The translations under genes were made by a program, and so were the position numbers. A stretch of DNA of 64,000 nucleotides from Oscillospiraceae bacterium (lineage in GTDB: Bacteria; Bacillota; Clostridia; Oscillospirales; Oscillospiraceae). Positions 63,340-64,000 of the stretch are shown here, piece after piece (the stretch's first letter is position 1; every line of letters starts with the position of its first letter). The stretch lies in the NCBI GenBank assembly GCA_022800525.1, contig JAAWQM010000007.1:2917-66916 (forward strand), given 5' to 3'. The notes under the pieces are model-generated. The model had not been told where the DNA came from and made no database searches. It saw only the letters and a list, made by a program, of their open reading frames with translations.

Positions 63340-64000
63340 TTACTTTGCGATAACCTTCTTCAGCTTGGCGAAGCGGGGAAGACCGTTCTCCTTCTTCATC
63401 TTGGTCTCACCCTGGATGAGGGGAAGGGCATAGTCCACGAACGCCTGTGTGACGCCGTTGTGCTCAGCGTTGATCCACTCGATGGGGACTTTCTTCTCGG
63501 TATTGGCCACATCGGTCAGGTTGAACAGCTTGGTCTTACAGACATACTTGCCGTCCTCATACAACCGCTCAAAACCTACCATCCTGTCCGTCAATCCGGC
63601 GATGGCGTTCTCTACGGCGGCTTTACCGGCCATGAAGGACTCGTCGATATCCGTCTGGGAGGCCAGATGCGCACCGCAGCGCTGGAGCAGGCTCAACTCG
63701 ATGCCGCGCACCTTCGCGCCGGTCTCCTTCTTCACAATCTCCGCCAGCATCGCGGCCAGACCGCCCAGCTGTGCGTGGCCGAAGCCGTCAGTCGCGGAGG
63801 TCTTGGCCTCAGAGACGAAGGAACCGTCGGCGTAGTGGATGCCCTCGGACACAGCCACCATGCAGTTGCCCTTCTCAGCGTAGACCTGCTTCACCTCGGA
63901 AATGAACTTGTCCATGCTGAAATCGGTCTCGGGCAGATAGATCAGATCGGGTCCCGCGCCCATAGCGGAAGCCAGACCTGCGGCGGCGGTCAGCCAGCCG
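63340..64000 (-). CDS. pfp: pyrophosphate-dependent (or ATP) 6-phosphofructokinase, C-terminal part (gene continues beyond the window)
   Basis: The reading frame runs to the window edge. C-terminal sequence ...GHAQLGGLAAMLAEIVKKETGAKVRGIELSLLQRCGAHLASQTD is typical of PFK group III/PPi-PFK. Confidence 0.8.
   Translation of the reverse strand, partial: GWLTAAAGLASAMGAGPDLIYLPETDFSMDKFISEVKQVYAEKGNCMVAVSEGIHYADGSFVSEAKTSATDGFGHAQLGGLAAMLAEIVKKETGAKVRGIELSLLQRCGAHLASQTDIDESFMAGKAAVENAIAGLTDRMVGFERLYEDGKYVCKTKLFNLTDVANTEKKVPIEWINAEHNGVTQAFVDYALPLIQGETKMKKENGLPRFAKLKKVIAK

Noticed and set aside
1-64000. Searched for CRISPR arrays, tRNA/rRNA genes, and riboswitch- or T-box-like leaders.
   Set aside because: There are no regularly spaced direct repeats and no tRNA-like T-arm/anticodon architecture. 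I saw no rRNA-like conserved stretches and no leader matching any consensus I know. The only recurrent elements are the hairpin repeats reported above.

Overview
High-GC (~60%+) Firmicutes/Clostridia-type chromosome segment; the gene content and repeat style resemble Oscillospiraceae or Ruminococcaceae, but that is inference only and no database search was possible. Gene calls rest on reading the six-frame translations for recognisable family motifs, RBS and start-codon inspection, and start/stop overlaps. I call about 64 protein genes and find no rRNA, tRNA or CRISPR array. The right half (28-56 kb) is a conserved housekeeping block: dnaD/dnaI-like, pcrA, polC, efp, cdaA-cdaR, yicC, remA, gmk, rpoZ, priA, def, fmt, rsmB, rlmN, stp, prkC, rsgA. 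The left half is accessory or metabolic. It holds a DUF2975/HTH/membrane-protein operon, azlCD, an XRE-controlled ABC-2 exporter, and a large serine recombinase abutting a truncated Cys-motif gene. It also holds a 10-gene minus-strand operon (12.2-22.2 kb) that joins an LDH/MDH-family dehydrogenase, HdrBCA, FlxDCBA (MvhD plus AsrAB-like Fe-S/flavin subunits) and a soluble fumarate-reductase-like FrdBA pair. That operon is my best candidate for an undescribed system: a soluble flavin-based electron-bifurcating dicarboxylate reductase. Other items worth a second look follow. A modular multi-hairpin intergenic repeat family has at least 4 copies, two of them inside the hdr/flx operon. A frameshifted BlaR1-like sensor carries a duplicated non-PBP ectodomain. 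A 24-nt element is shared upstream of two unrelated promoters. Two tiny ORFs with strong RBSs lie upstream of a DUF3794/LysM gene. Many long ORFs in the supplied track are antisense shadow ORFs typical of GC-rich DNA and were rejected.
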